The notes under the pieces are model-generated. The model did no database searches. It saw only the letters and a program-made list of their open reading frames with translations, and had not been told where the DNA came from. From NCBI GenBank assembly GCA_013239625.1, contig MU053629.1:4429567-4493566 (forward strand): a stretch of 64,000 nt of DNA, read 5' to 3'. The translations under genes and the position numbers were made by a program. The stretch is from Lama guanicoe. Lineage: Eukaryota. Positions 13,232 to 24,780 of this stretch are shown in pieces. How positions within the stretch are numbered: the first letter of the stretch is position 1; every line of letters starts with the position of its first letter.

Positions 13232-16200
13232 GTATGTGGGGTGGACAAGCAAGGCTCTGCTCAAGTACTTCCCATCCTCTTGACCTTGCGGGAACTTCAG
13301 GTCTTCTGGAGCCAACCCTACCCAATGACGACTGTTGTGGAAGACGTGAGCTGGTCTGGTGGGATCTACTTTAGGCCTTCATGTTTTCAAAGTATCTTCC
13401 TATCGGCCTTGCCAAGATGCCTGGAAATTCCAAAGTATTGTCCATTTGGATGAAGGAATTGAATGTCTTACTCTATCAATATTTATGGCTTTAATGTGGA
13501 TTAGTTCATCATCTTCTCAGTTAGCTAGTCATTTAGCAGAAATGTGGGCATCAGTTTTGGAGAAAAGGAGCAGGTTTGGAAAGTACCAGGGAGTGAGCCT
13601 TTCTGTCAAGTCATGTTGTAGAGGGCACGTGGTAGAGGGCTGCAGACATCCGTGGCTCTATTTTAAAATATCCTGGCTCCCCAGGAAGGGGCCGTATGGG
13701 AAGGAGGGGGAGAGCTCAGAAAGGGGAAGTAAAATGGCTCCAGGAAGAGAACTGTCTGCTTCTGGGTTTTGCCTTGGTCCGAGGCTATGGTTATGCATTG
13801 TTCCAGTGGATAGTTAGGGCCATAACTACTTGGAGAACTATAATATTAGCCACACAAGATCAGCCAGTAGAGAACTAGAAGTTAGCCACTTTGAGTTAGC
13901 TGTGGCAGGTGTCCTCCTATTTAACTTCCATCTTTCACAATAAAGAAAACAGAAGCAAATGTCTGTTAACAGGTCCTAACCTCGGTTTCAGAACATCTCT
14001 TAGCCATTACTCTGAGCCCATCACAGGCGGTCCCAGGCACTCAATTCTGGGGAAACGAAAGACCTGTGGAGAGTGAGGGTGTTTGCGAGGGACACTGTTC
14101 AGGGCTCACACCTCTTCTCTCAGAGGCCTGATCACGGTGCTTGCACCTCATAGCCCCTGAGCCCCCAAATCAAGCCTTTCAACAAATCATACTTTTCAGA
14201 AACTAGTTTGAAGATATCAGTGATTAAATTGCCCTGCAGTGTTTCATCTTGCTCGAGTGTTCTTGGGCAATACGTGGGCTCACAACGGAAGATGGCAGAG
14301 TCTGGAAAAGGCACAGGCAATTTGAATAGAAGTAGAAAAGAGGGGCTCCCCCTGAACTGGCGTGTCCTTCCCATTGTCATTAAACTCCACTGGAATTTGA
14401 AGGTAAAAAAGTGGATTGCTTACCTCTGCTTCCCTGTAGAATACTAGGCTGACAGACAATATAAATGCAATGTATTTTTAAATGATGCGATTTCATATGT
14501 GGGCATTACATTAAACAATCTTCAAAACTTTAAAATGTACATGCAGTGTTTACATGGAGTCTTGCTTTCGTCCCCAGTCTTTGCTAGGAAATATTTTAGA
14601 ACTCTGTATGGTGATTGTAGCTAAAGATGCAGGCACATTTAACGCAGCAAAACCTCCCTCTAATACTGATATTCAGAAGTAGGATGAAAACCCTCTCCTC
14701 ACAGACAAATTGGATTTGAGGGGTGTCATTTCACCTGTGGCATGTGCAAATCATACCACAATAAACCAAGTAGCAACTGAGGTCTGCGCTACTTGTTTGG
14801 GAACCACATGTCCGAGGTCATAAGAACTGAAACACTCCACTGAGATTCTCCCAGAGAGTGACTAATCTATCTGAGCATGTCAGCATTTCGAATTTCCAGA
14901 TAGTGATGAGTTAATAACACTGACTTTTCACCGATGTGCCTCATAAACTTAAAGCTGGTGAAAGAAAGCCGTGATTATTTTAATTTAGGTTAATAAACAT
15001 GCCCAACTATCAGCTGGGTTTTAGTAGTAGATGTTTTTCGACTTCTGCCCCTACCCCAGTATAAAAGGAGTGGCGATTAAAATTATATTACATCTTTGGG
15101 GCAGACAGACTCAAATAGAAAATGATAAACGTTTGGAAATAGCATGGAGTCATTTGGTTTATGATGAAGTTATTTATTTCTTTATTTTTAAAATCCAACT
15201 TGAGCACAGTGAGCATTTCCTATTTTGATCCATAAAGTAACCACGCAAGCTCTCTTTCTGGCATGTGCCCCGTATGAAATATCGACGGCTTTGGTTAAAT
15301 AATCAAAAATGGCGATGCTATTTTAAAGCACTGTTCAATTTTCACTTAAAGATAGCACATAATTCTTTCCAGTGGTGCAGTCTTTACGATACTATTGATC
15401 CTTTTCATTACTGTAGGGGATCCATCAACAGGAGCCCATTTATTGGATTCTCAGAAGCAACAAATAATAGGATTTGGAAGAAACAGATGATAATTCTGTT
15501 AGTAGTTGAAACCTCCAAATATACAATACATCCAAATACACAATGAAAAAGGCTGTGCCAGAACACCTTTCCTTTCACCAGTACAAGAATTTTATTAGAT
15601 ATTAACAGGTCAAAGACCATTTCTACTTCTGCAACAATATGACCATAATACAACAAATAGAATCTACCTTCTCAACACAACATTCGAGAAAGAAGGGCAG
15701 AAACTTTGGGAGGCACATTAAAAAAATTCCTGGGCCGTGCTCATAGCCATCTGGTGTATAGACCAGAGTACTTGTCATTGAAACACCCAAATTATCCACA
15801 CACACTAGTTGATAATTAGAGAGCTAAGGCAATTGCATTTTCACCCTAATTGAATACCCCATGGTTGCACAGGGCTTCCAGAGATCCCAAATATGCCTGT
15901 TTTGGTGTGACTTCCACACTGCTCTATTGTGTAACATCCCCAGGAAGATTTGCTAGGAAGATCCAACTCAGGAGAACCAACTGTACCTTTAATCAAAATA
16001 ACTGTAATCTTCCAGCTCCAGATTTCAACAGAACTATAATCTTGAGTCCTTTCACACTCTCTAATTAAAAAAAAAATCCACTTGGTGAACAAAAACTCAT
16101 CAGAAGGAGAGAGAACAGTGTTGCAAAGGCCTTCTTAAGCGCACGGCGTGACCAAGGCTCAGAGGGGAGAATGCTTACTATTGTTTTGTTTCTTTCTGTG

Positions 16201-16469
16201 ATGTATAAACTGGACAGCCTGATGGAAAAAAAACGAACAAAAAAATCATTTTGTGATCTAATGAGTTATTTTTCACCAAGGCTCTACTGGAAGCATATTA
16301 CTTATAATTAAGTAGTCATGCGGTAGACTTTTTGCCTGATTCAAACTTACCCCAAATGGCTCACTGGCCGTTAGGAAAGTTGCTTTCCCTTTTGCTGACT
16401 TCGTTTTCCACCTCCCCCTTCTCCTCCACCTCCCTGCAGGTTGAGATGGGCAGGACGGTGGAGAGAGAG

Positions 16470-16700
16470 TGAGCTTAGGTGTTGGACTCAGAGCAGCCTG
16501 GTGGAGTCTCTCTGCTCTGCCACTCAGTGCTGTGTGATTGTGGACCAGTTATTTAAATTAGCTGAGTCAGATATTTGCACACAAAATGAAAATAATAATG
16601 GTGCCTACCTGATAAATTTTTGTGAGTATTAAATAAGAAAACTCATGTAAAGAGCTTAGCCAAGGCTTAGGTCCTACTGAGACATCAGTAATGTTAGATA
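16470..16700 (+). mobile_element. MIR SINE
   Basis: ctctgccactcagtgctgtgtgattgtggaccagttatttaa...aaaatgaaaataataatggtgcctacct...tattaaataag. Confidence 0.75.
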
Positions 16701-17388
16701 TGATGATGATGATGATGAAGATATTAGATCTTAAACTTCTATCTTTGCAATGTCCATGTGATAGAGCCCAGGTCTTTAGGGAATATAGCTTCAAATAAGA
16801 TTAGGATAGGTGTATATTCCAAGAAACTTGCTTTCATAAATGTTTTTACCTCCTTTGTCTTGTTCATATAATACACTCGGTCAACTGACCAAACAAAGGT
16901 ATTTCATGAATGCTAATGAGGAAAAAAATTAACTGTTTTAAGATTGTAGCCTTTAAAAGCACTGCAAAGCTCCAGACAGTTAAAGTTTTCAAAACTGTAA
17001 CTTTTTATAGTCTTGAAACTATTAAAAAAATCATTTGAAGAATCAATAAGTAAACACACAATTCTCTGAAAAAGAAAGAAAACAATACCAAGGTTCAATT
17101 ACAGATATTCACAGATTTTTTTTCTTTTGCCTTCAAAAGCCAGCAAAACAGTTTCATAATTTTTCATAAAGAAGATTATATTTTAAACATGTCTTTGGTC
17201 CCATTGGTTAGTGTTTCTTTACATCATGTATACATCACTTAAAACTTCTTCTAATCTGTCTTTAAAAGATAGCCAAATGAACAGACTGAGATTAAGACAC
17301 ATGAGAAGTACCATGACTAAGTTAACACAGTAAGAACGAATCCAGGAGACCAGCTGTATTAAATGTTGCCGTGTCTTTGGCCCCACAG

Positions 17389-17580
17389 ATGATGGAACAG
17401 GGGAGTCAGCTGATCGTCGATCACCTGGAAATCCAACGCTGGCTCTTTAAAATGGACTTCGAGTTTGGAGGAAATGGGACTGCATTTTGTGACATTCCTT
17501 CCCACCTAAAGTGCTACAAGTGGGTCCTAAAGGAGAGTCACAGATACGGCCGCGAAGACTGGAGCAAGAAATGGGCACAA
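17389..17580 (+). CDS. IQCH: IQCH internal coding exon (192 nt, phase 0-0): [64 protein letters not shown]
   Basis: Acceptor ggccccacag and donor CAA|gtgagt. Lies within ORF 17371..17619. Confidence 0.95.
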
Positions 17581-20034
17581 GTGAGTGTTCGATGGTGGCA
17601 TAAACCGGAAGTGTCCTGAGCACAGTTAGGAGATGAAGCAAAAGGCTCAGCTGGGGGATGAGGCGCTTACTTCTAGACCTGTCACCTACCAGCAGTGAGA
17701 CCTTAGGCAAGCTTTTTACTTTCCGAGGCCTCAGTTCTTATATACAAAGTTAATGAGGTTGACTAGGCTATTTTAAATGTTCCTTCTTAGGAAGTCCTCA
17801 AATTGATTATGATGATTAGGAAGTAATTTTTTTTTACCATATTCAAATAGAATTACAGATCTAATCATTTGCTCTAAGTGAATCTTGATCATATGCTTCG
17901 AACAACTGTTGTTATTAAGCTAGCTGTATTTTATTATGAGAGAGAAATTCTATTAGTGAATGTTTGTCACCTGGAAGCTAATGTATAATAGCATTCTGTC
18001 AGCAGTCATATGTTTTTGAAGACAATTCAAGGAAATTTATGTAACTGCTGGTCCCTGTGAGATGTTGAGAAAACAATACATTCTAGCAAGAAAATCTCCA
18101 GGCAGAAACTGAATAATAGGTAAAAAAAAAGTCTTAGCATATGACTGACGTGTGTAGATTTTTCCATGTATGTTGGGGGAAAGATGATTTGTATAACTTC
18201 TTAGTCTGTTTCAAGCTTGCTTAATAATTAATTTTATATGGTTTATCTGAATTCAACCCGCCATTCTCAAAGTTGTCTCACTTTGCATCCAAAGGCCTCA
18301 ACTCTCCTGGCTTCTCTTCATCTCACGTCTCTGTTTTGGCTGACCTTCTGGCGAAAGCAGAACTGATTAGGAAAATCCAGACACAAATTCTATTAACTGA
18401 TTCCTTCCCCAGCGACATCTGTAGTGGTGGGCTGCGTGGTGATTTGCATCTGCTCTGAGCATCCCACTACGGAAGTATATGAATCAGGACACAAGTGAGC
18501 GAAAGGGAGGGGCACGTAAGAGAGGACCACATTATTCTTGTGAAAGGAGATGACGAATAAATCCAGAGAACAGTCAGAAGGGAGAGTTGCCTGTGACAAA
18601 TGTTCCTGTTCTCCCCGTGATCTATTCTGGGCTTTTCTTCCCCCTCCATCAGTGAAGGGACTCAATGCGGTACCTGTCATGGCCAGCTTTTTACATATTA
18701 TTTAAAGGATACCAAAGTGAATTACTCTTCTAGAAAAAAATGAAACAAGGAAAATGTATTTAATTTTGAAGCCCACAGAGGTTTCTCTTGTGTTCTCTTT
18801 TGACTGGATTTTACTTCATCCTGTATAAGAAAAAAATTTTTAAGCAAAACCATGGGGATTAAAATATAAAAAGTGGAACTTTTTTAATCTAAAAAAGTGA
18901 AATGCAGTGTACAAAGAATTTACTGTTCTCAATATTCCAAACCAATAATTTTTAAAGAACACTCCTGACACTAGACTATGATACATTTGAAATGTTTGAC
19001 TTTAAACTTTAAAAAAATTTCAAATATTGGCATTTGGTTGACTTGCACTTAGAAGCCTGACTATATATTATTTAATTTCAATTCTTGCACAATTTTAACT
19101 TGTCAGCAAATACATTTGTCATTATTGTTAATGTTGTTAAATGTGAAACTTCAATAATTAATAATCTATCTAAATCAGCTTTTAAAACTTAGGGAAGAAT
19201 AATTATTCAGAAATCTTGTTACACTCTGAGACCTGTGCTTAGCTATGGCCATGGTATGGTTAGAAGCCAAAAATAAAGTAGTTTTGAATAGCTTTTTTTT
19301 TTTTTTAATAGGAGACTATTGGCATTCGTTTGCCTTCAAAGTGAAATCAAAGTGGAGTGAGCTGCAGTCTCCATTGAGGGTAGCTATTGAGAATTTAGGA
19401 TTAGAATTATCCTTTGTTCCAGAAGACCATCGTAATGGTGCACATTTAGACATCAAAGCGTTACTTTATGAGCACAGGCATGTTTTAATGTCCTATTACA
19501 GTTTGTAGACCTGTTCCTTTTGGATAATGAAGATGTTGTGTCATCACGCCTAGCCTGGCACATACAAAACATATGCTGGCAGGTTATTAAAAATTTCAGC
19601 TTCTTGATGAAAGACTATCCTGCAGGCTAAGAGTCCAGAGAAAGACTCCATTCTGGGAGAATTATTAGAAATGAGAATATGACTGTAAGCACTAAATTAT
19701 GTTAATACTTACAAATAGCATCATTTGCATAGCAGTTTATGACACGATATCATGATTTTTCTCATTGGTATGTTGTAGGCAACAGATTAAAAAGAGTCCT
19801 GTTTATGGGAGTTTGAACTGTTTTAAGATTCTCTTGCATCCTATGCAGATATTGGTTTTGGATGTAGGCATGATTCAATGTAGACTCAAAGATCTAATAT
19901 AAAGATCATCTTTTTGTCTGCCTATCTAATTGAGGACCAGAGTTATTTGACTAGTTGCAGTTGAGAGTTGAAACAAAATCACGGACTCAACAAATGCTGA
20001 AAAGCTGAAATTACATTTAAAAAATCTATGTTGA

Positions 20035-21078
20035 TGCAAAAAACTACCGGAACTGATAAACATTCAGCAAGGCAGCAGGATACAAAATTAACAAAAGAAA
20101 CCTATTGCATTTCTTTATACTAACAATGAAGTATCAGACAGAGAAAGCTAAAAAAATCCCTTCTAAAAATCACATCAAAAAATAATAAAATACTTAGGAA
20201 TAAACCTGATGAAGGAGGTGAAAGATTTATATAGTGAGAACTATAAAACACTGATAAAGAAAATCGAAGATTATTCAAAGAAATGGAAAGATATCCCATG
20301 CTCTTGGATTGGAAGAATTAATATTGCTAAAATGGTCATACTATCCAAAGTTATCTATAGATTTAATGTAATCTCTATCAAATTACATTTTTCAGAGCAC
20401 TAGAACAAATAATTTTAAAATTTATATGGAATCACAAAAGACCCAGAATTGCCAAAGCAATCCTGAGGAAAAAGAGCAAAGCTGGAGGTATAACCCTCCC
20501 AGGCTTCAGACAATACTGTAAAGCTACAGTCATCAAAACAGCATGGTACTGGCACAAAAACAGACATATGGATTAATGGAACAGAAAAGAGAGCCCAGAA
20601 ATAAACCCATACACCATGCTCAATCAATATTTGACAAAGGAGGCAAGAACATACAATGAAGAAAAGACAGTCTCGTCAGCAAATGGTGCTGGGAAAACTG
20701 GATGTATGTAAATCAATGAAGTTAGAACACACCCTCACATGATACACAAAGATAAACTCAAAACGACTTAAAAACTTAAATATAAGACATAACACCATAT
20801 AACTCCTAGAAGATAACATAGGCAAAACATTCCCTATAAATTGTAGCAATGTTTTCTTAGGTCAATCTCCTAAGGCAAAAAAAGAAATAAAAGCAAAAAT
20901 AAACATATGGGACCTAATCAAACTTATAAGCTTTTGCACAGCAAAGAAAACCATAAACAAAACCAAAAGACAATCTATGGAAAAAAATATTTGCAAACAA
21001 TACAAAGGACAAGGGCTTAATTTCCAAAATATACAAACAGCTCATACAGCTAAATATAAACAAACAAACAACTACTTC
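20035..21078 (+). mobile_element. L1 ORF2 fragment (RT C-terminal region), truncated at both ends and frameshifted
   Basis: ORF 20209..20403 reads [38 protein letters not shown], typical of L1 ORF2p; L1 sequence continues to about 21075. Confidence 0.93.
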
Positions 21079-21313
21079 CCAGTTGGGAGAATTTCTTTTC
21101 ATGTAGTAGGAATAAAGACTTAAGCAAAGGAAGACACACTTGTAGGGGAAAACCATTCTTGTTACATATTGCCATACTACTTTCTAAGAAGGCAGTACTA
21201 ATTTCCAAGGCCAGTAGCAGAGAATAAGCCTACTAGTTTTACCACCACCTTACCAGCACTGGGTATTATGAACTGTTGACACTTTCATTTCAGATGTCAA
21301 AAATGCCTCTTTT

Positions 21314-23107
21314 TAAACAAATTTTTTAAATTGAAGTACAGTCAGTTACAATGTGTCAATTTCTGGTGTACAGTACAATGTCCCAGTCATGTATATACAT
21401 ACTTATTATATATTATATTATTATAAGATATGATTATTATAAGATATGAACATAGTTCCCTGTGCTTTACAGCAGAAAACCTTTTTTAAAATCTATTTTT
21501 GTATATAGTGGCTAACATTTGTAAGCCTCAAACTCCCAAATTTATCCCTTCCCACCCCCTTTTCCTGGTAACCATAAACTTTTTTAAAATCTATTTTTGT
21601 ATATAGTGGCTAACATTTGTAAGTCTCAAACTCCCAAATTTATCCCTTCCCACCCCCTTTTCCTGGTAACCATAAAATTGTTTACTATGTCTGTGAGTCT
21701 GTTTCTGTTTTGTAGATGAGTTCATTAGTGTCTTTTCTTTTCTTTTTTTTTTTTTTTTTATTACACATATCAGTGATATCATATGGTATTTTTCTTTCTC
21801 TTTCTGGCTTACTTCACTTAGAATGACCATCTCTAGGTCCATCCACGTTGCTGCAAATGGCATTATTTTATTCTTTTTTATGGCTGAGTAGTATTCCATT
21901 GTATAAATATACCACTGCTTCTTTATCCAGTCATCTGTTGATGGACATTAGGTTGCTTCCATGTCTTGACTATTGTATAGAGTGCTGCTATGAACATTGG
22001 GGTGCATGTAGCTTTTCAAATTAGAGTTCCCTCCAGATATATACCTAGAAGTGGGATTACTGGATCATATGGTAAGTCAATTTTTTTAGTTTTTTGAGAA
22101 ATCTCCATACTGTTTTCCATAATGGCTGCACTAAACTACATTCCCACCAGCAGTGTAGGGGGTTCCCTTTTCTCCACACCTTCTCCAGCATTTATCATTC
22201 ATGGACTTTTTAATGCTGGCCATTCTGACTGGTATAGTTTTGATTTGCATTTCTCTGATAATTAGTGATATGGAGCATTTTTTTCATGTGCCTATTGATC
22301 ATTTGTATGTCTTCACTGGAGAATTGCTTCTTTAGGTCTTATGCCCATTTTGGGGTTTGGTTGTTTGTTTCTTTATTATTAAGTTGTATGAGCTGTTTAT
22401 ATATTCTGGAAATTAAGCCTTTGTCAGTCGCATCATTTGCAAATATTCTTCTCCCATCCTGTAAGTTGTTGTTTTGTTTTGCTCATGGTTTTTTTTTGCT
22501 GTGCAAATCTTGTAAGTTTAATTAGTCCCCATTTGTTTATTTTTGCTCTTATTTCTATTGCCTAGGTAGACTACCCTAGGAGAGCATTGCTAAAATTTAT
22601 GTCACAGAATTTTTGCCTATGTTTTCTTCTAGGATATTTATTGTGTCTTGTCTTATATTTAAGTCTTTAGGCCATTTTGAGTTTATTTTTGTGTGTGGAG
22701 TGAGGTTGTGTTCTAATGTCATTGATTTACATGCCGCTGTCCAATCTTCCCAACAGCGCTTGCTGAAGAGACTGACTTTTCTCCGTTGTATATTCCTGCC
22801 TCCTTTGTCAAAGATTAATTGACCATAGGGGTGTGGGTTTATTTCTGGGCTCTCCATTCTGTTCCATTGGTCCGTATGTCTGTTCTTATGCCAGTATCGT
22901 GCTGTTTTGATTACTGTAGCTCTGTAGTATTGTCTGAAGTCTGAGAGGGTTATTCCTCCAACTTCATTCTTTTTCTTCAGTAATGCTTTGGCAATTCTGG
23001 GTCTTTTGTGGTTCCCTGTAAATTTTAGGATTGTTTGTTCTAGTTCTGTGAAAAATGTCCTGGGTAATTTGTTAAATCTGTAGATTGTCTTGGGCAGTAT
23101 GGCCATA
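21314..23107 (-). mobile_element. 5'-truncated L1 (ORF2 3' part plus 3' UTR) with a 15-bp TSD, nested in an older L1ME-like fragment
   Basis: ORFs 22597..23106 ([12 protein letters not shown]...) and 21591..21899 ([23 protein letters not shown]). TSD AAAAATGCCTCTTTT at 21299-21313 and 23108-23122. Confidence 0.95.
21481..21676. repeat. Tandem duplication, 2 x 98 bp (one mismatch), within the L1 3' UTR
   Basis: 21481-21578 and 21579-21676 differ only at gtaagCctc/gtaagTctc. Confidence 0.95.
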
Positions 23108-23468
23108 AAAAATGCCTCTTTTAATTGCTATTATTTGATTACTAGCAAGAGATTCTTTTTTCATGTCCTCATTATTTGTATTTTATATCAGAAACACAAC
23201 ATCTTGGTATTAAGAGAAAAATCTAGGTTTTTCTAGGTTAAAAAAAAAATCTAGGGAATCATGTTCCCCTAATCATTAAACTACATGAAAAGATTATTTA
23301 TTTATTTTTATATCTTAAAATTTCAACTTCTTAGATTATCTTTATGTATTCAGTAGTTGCCAGAGTATTGGCCTAGACATGAGATTAAGCATTTTGTAGA
23401 TCCATGAATACACTGTAAGGTCTTGACATTTCCCTGTATTCCATAATAATAATAATAATAGCATCGTA

Positions 23469-23634
23469 CAGTTGTATATTCGATCCATAGTTGGTTGGAT
23501 CAGCAGATACGGAACCTGTGGATAAAGAGGGCCAAATGTGTGGTGCTATTTTACACGTAGGACTTCAGCATCCTCAACTTTCAGTATCCATGGGAGTATT
23601 GGAACCAACCCCCCTAGATACTGAGGGGCGACTG
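23469..23634. mobile_element. MER2/Tigger-like (TcMar) DNA transposon fragment inserted in a MIR
   Basis: gatacggaacctgtggataaagagggcc...ggaaccaacccccctagatactgaggggcgactg, a MER2-type terminus. Confidence 0.75.
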
Positions 23635-23850
23635 CAGGATGCCTGCTGGGTCCCAGGCATTTCAGCACTTCACATGCACTCTTATTCGATCTCAGAAAAC
23701 CCCCGAAGTTTGACTCGTTTACTTCCACACCACTTTGATACGGACAGTATCATCACTCTTTTTACAGACGGAGAAACTGATGCTTGGGAAGTTAAGTGAC
23801 TTGCCCAAGTTCACAGAGCTGGTAAACCACCTGCACCTGGCTCGGAGCCC
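23635..23850 (-). mobile_element. MIR SINE
   Basis: tttacagacggagaaactgatgcttgggaagttaagtgacttgcccaagttcacagagctggtaa. Confidence 0.8.
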
Positions 23851-24614
23851 ACGTCCACTCCTCCTGGCCCAGTGCCCTGGCCGCACCGAGCTGAATTCGT
23901 TTAGAAAAGACCCCTTGTTTGCAAGCCCTGGAGTAGCATTCTCCCCCAGGTCCCTGCCAGTGTGGCCAGCTGCCCTCCCCCATCGCGGCAGATTTCCTGC
24001 TTTCTGCAGAGACGTGGGAAACGCAAACATCCCTGGAAGGCAGCAGCTATTGCTCTAGGATTTCTTCCCTTTCCTGGCCAACAGGGGAGTTGCTGTTGCC
24101 AGCAGGCTGGGTGGTAGGAGGCCGTCAGTACACACACCTGGCATTTCAGAGCAGGAGCCCTGGCGAGGTGTCCCTAGACTCAGCTTTGCCACCTAACTGC
24201 CTCATGAACCTACTTATGTGCATGGGTAAGAGTGAGTTTTAGTTGTCACCCTTTGATCGTCTGTGGGGATGACAAACTTTCAATGCCTTTCTCAACTTGA
24301 TACACTAGCATGATCACTTTAGTGAGCCTGTAACTTCTCACAGAGCTTGGAGTAAATAGCCTATCTTCACAATCAGACGTAGCATTAAAAATATGGTATT
24401 TAAATATGGCTTTTTGGATAAGCAACCACATATTTTATTTGTTGTCATTTTTTCGTCTCATGTTTCAGGCTGACACGGTGAACTCCCTTTTAAGCAGAAT
24501 GAGGTTTGGAAGAGGCTAGTCTGAACAACTGAAGATTCAGGATGAATAGGAGGTGGTCTGGCTTCGTGGGTTCCATAGCCGAGGCGGACTGAGGTTACTA
24601 GCAGGGAGCCAAGG

Positions 24615-24780
24615 GCAAATCACTTTAGCTTTCCCAGCCTCCATCTCTTTTACTGTAAAGAGAAATAATATTAGTACCTGTCTCCTGGGGAGGTGGTGAG
24701 AATTAAATGAGATAACCCTTGTGAATTGGCTCCCAACGTACTTAGCACGTAAGACTCCAAGAAATGCTACTTGTTATTAA
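24615..24780 (+). mobile_element. MIR SINE
   Basis: ggcaaatcacttt...ctgtaaag...tagtacctgtctc...gtgagaattaaatgagataa...cttagcac. Confidence 0.7.

Noticed and set aside
14900..14975. Possible C/D box snoRNA (GTGATGA followed by CTGA)
   Set aside because: No terminal box D at a suitable distance and no terminal stem.
20035..23107. Both L1 pieces as a single twin-primed insertion
   Set aside because: They overlap in L1 coordinates by about 750 bp with many differences, are separated by older sequence, and the TSD flanks only the minus-strand element.
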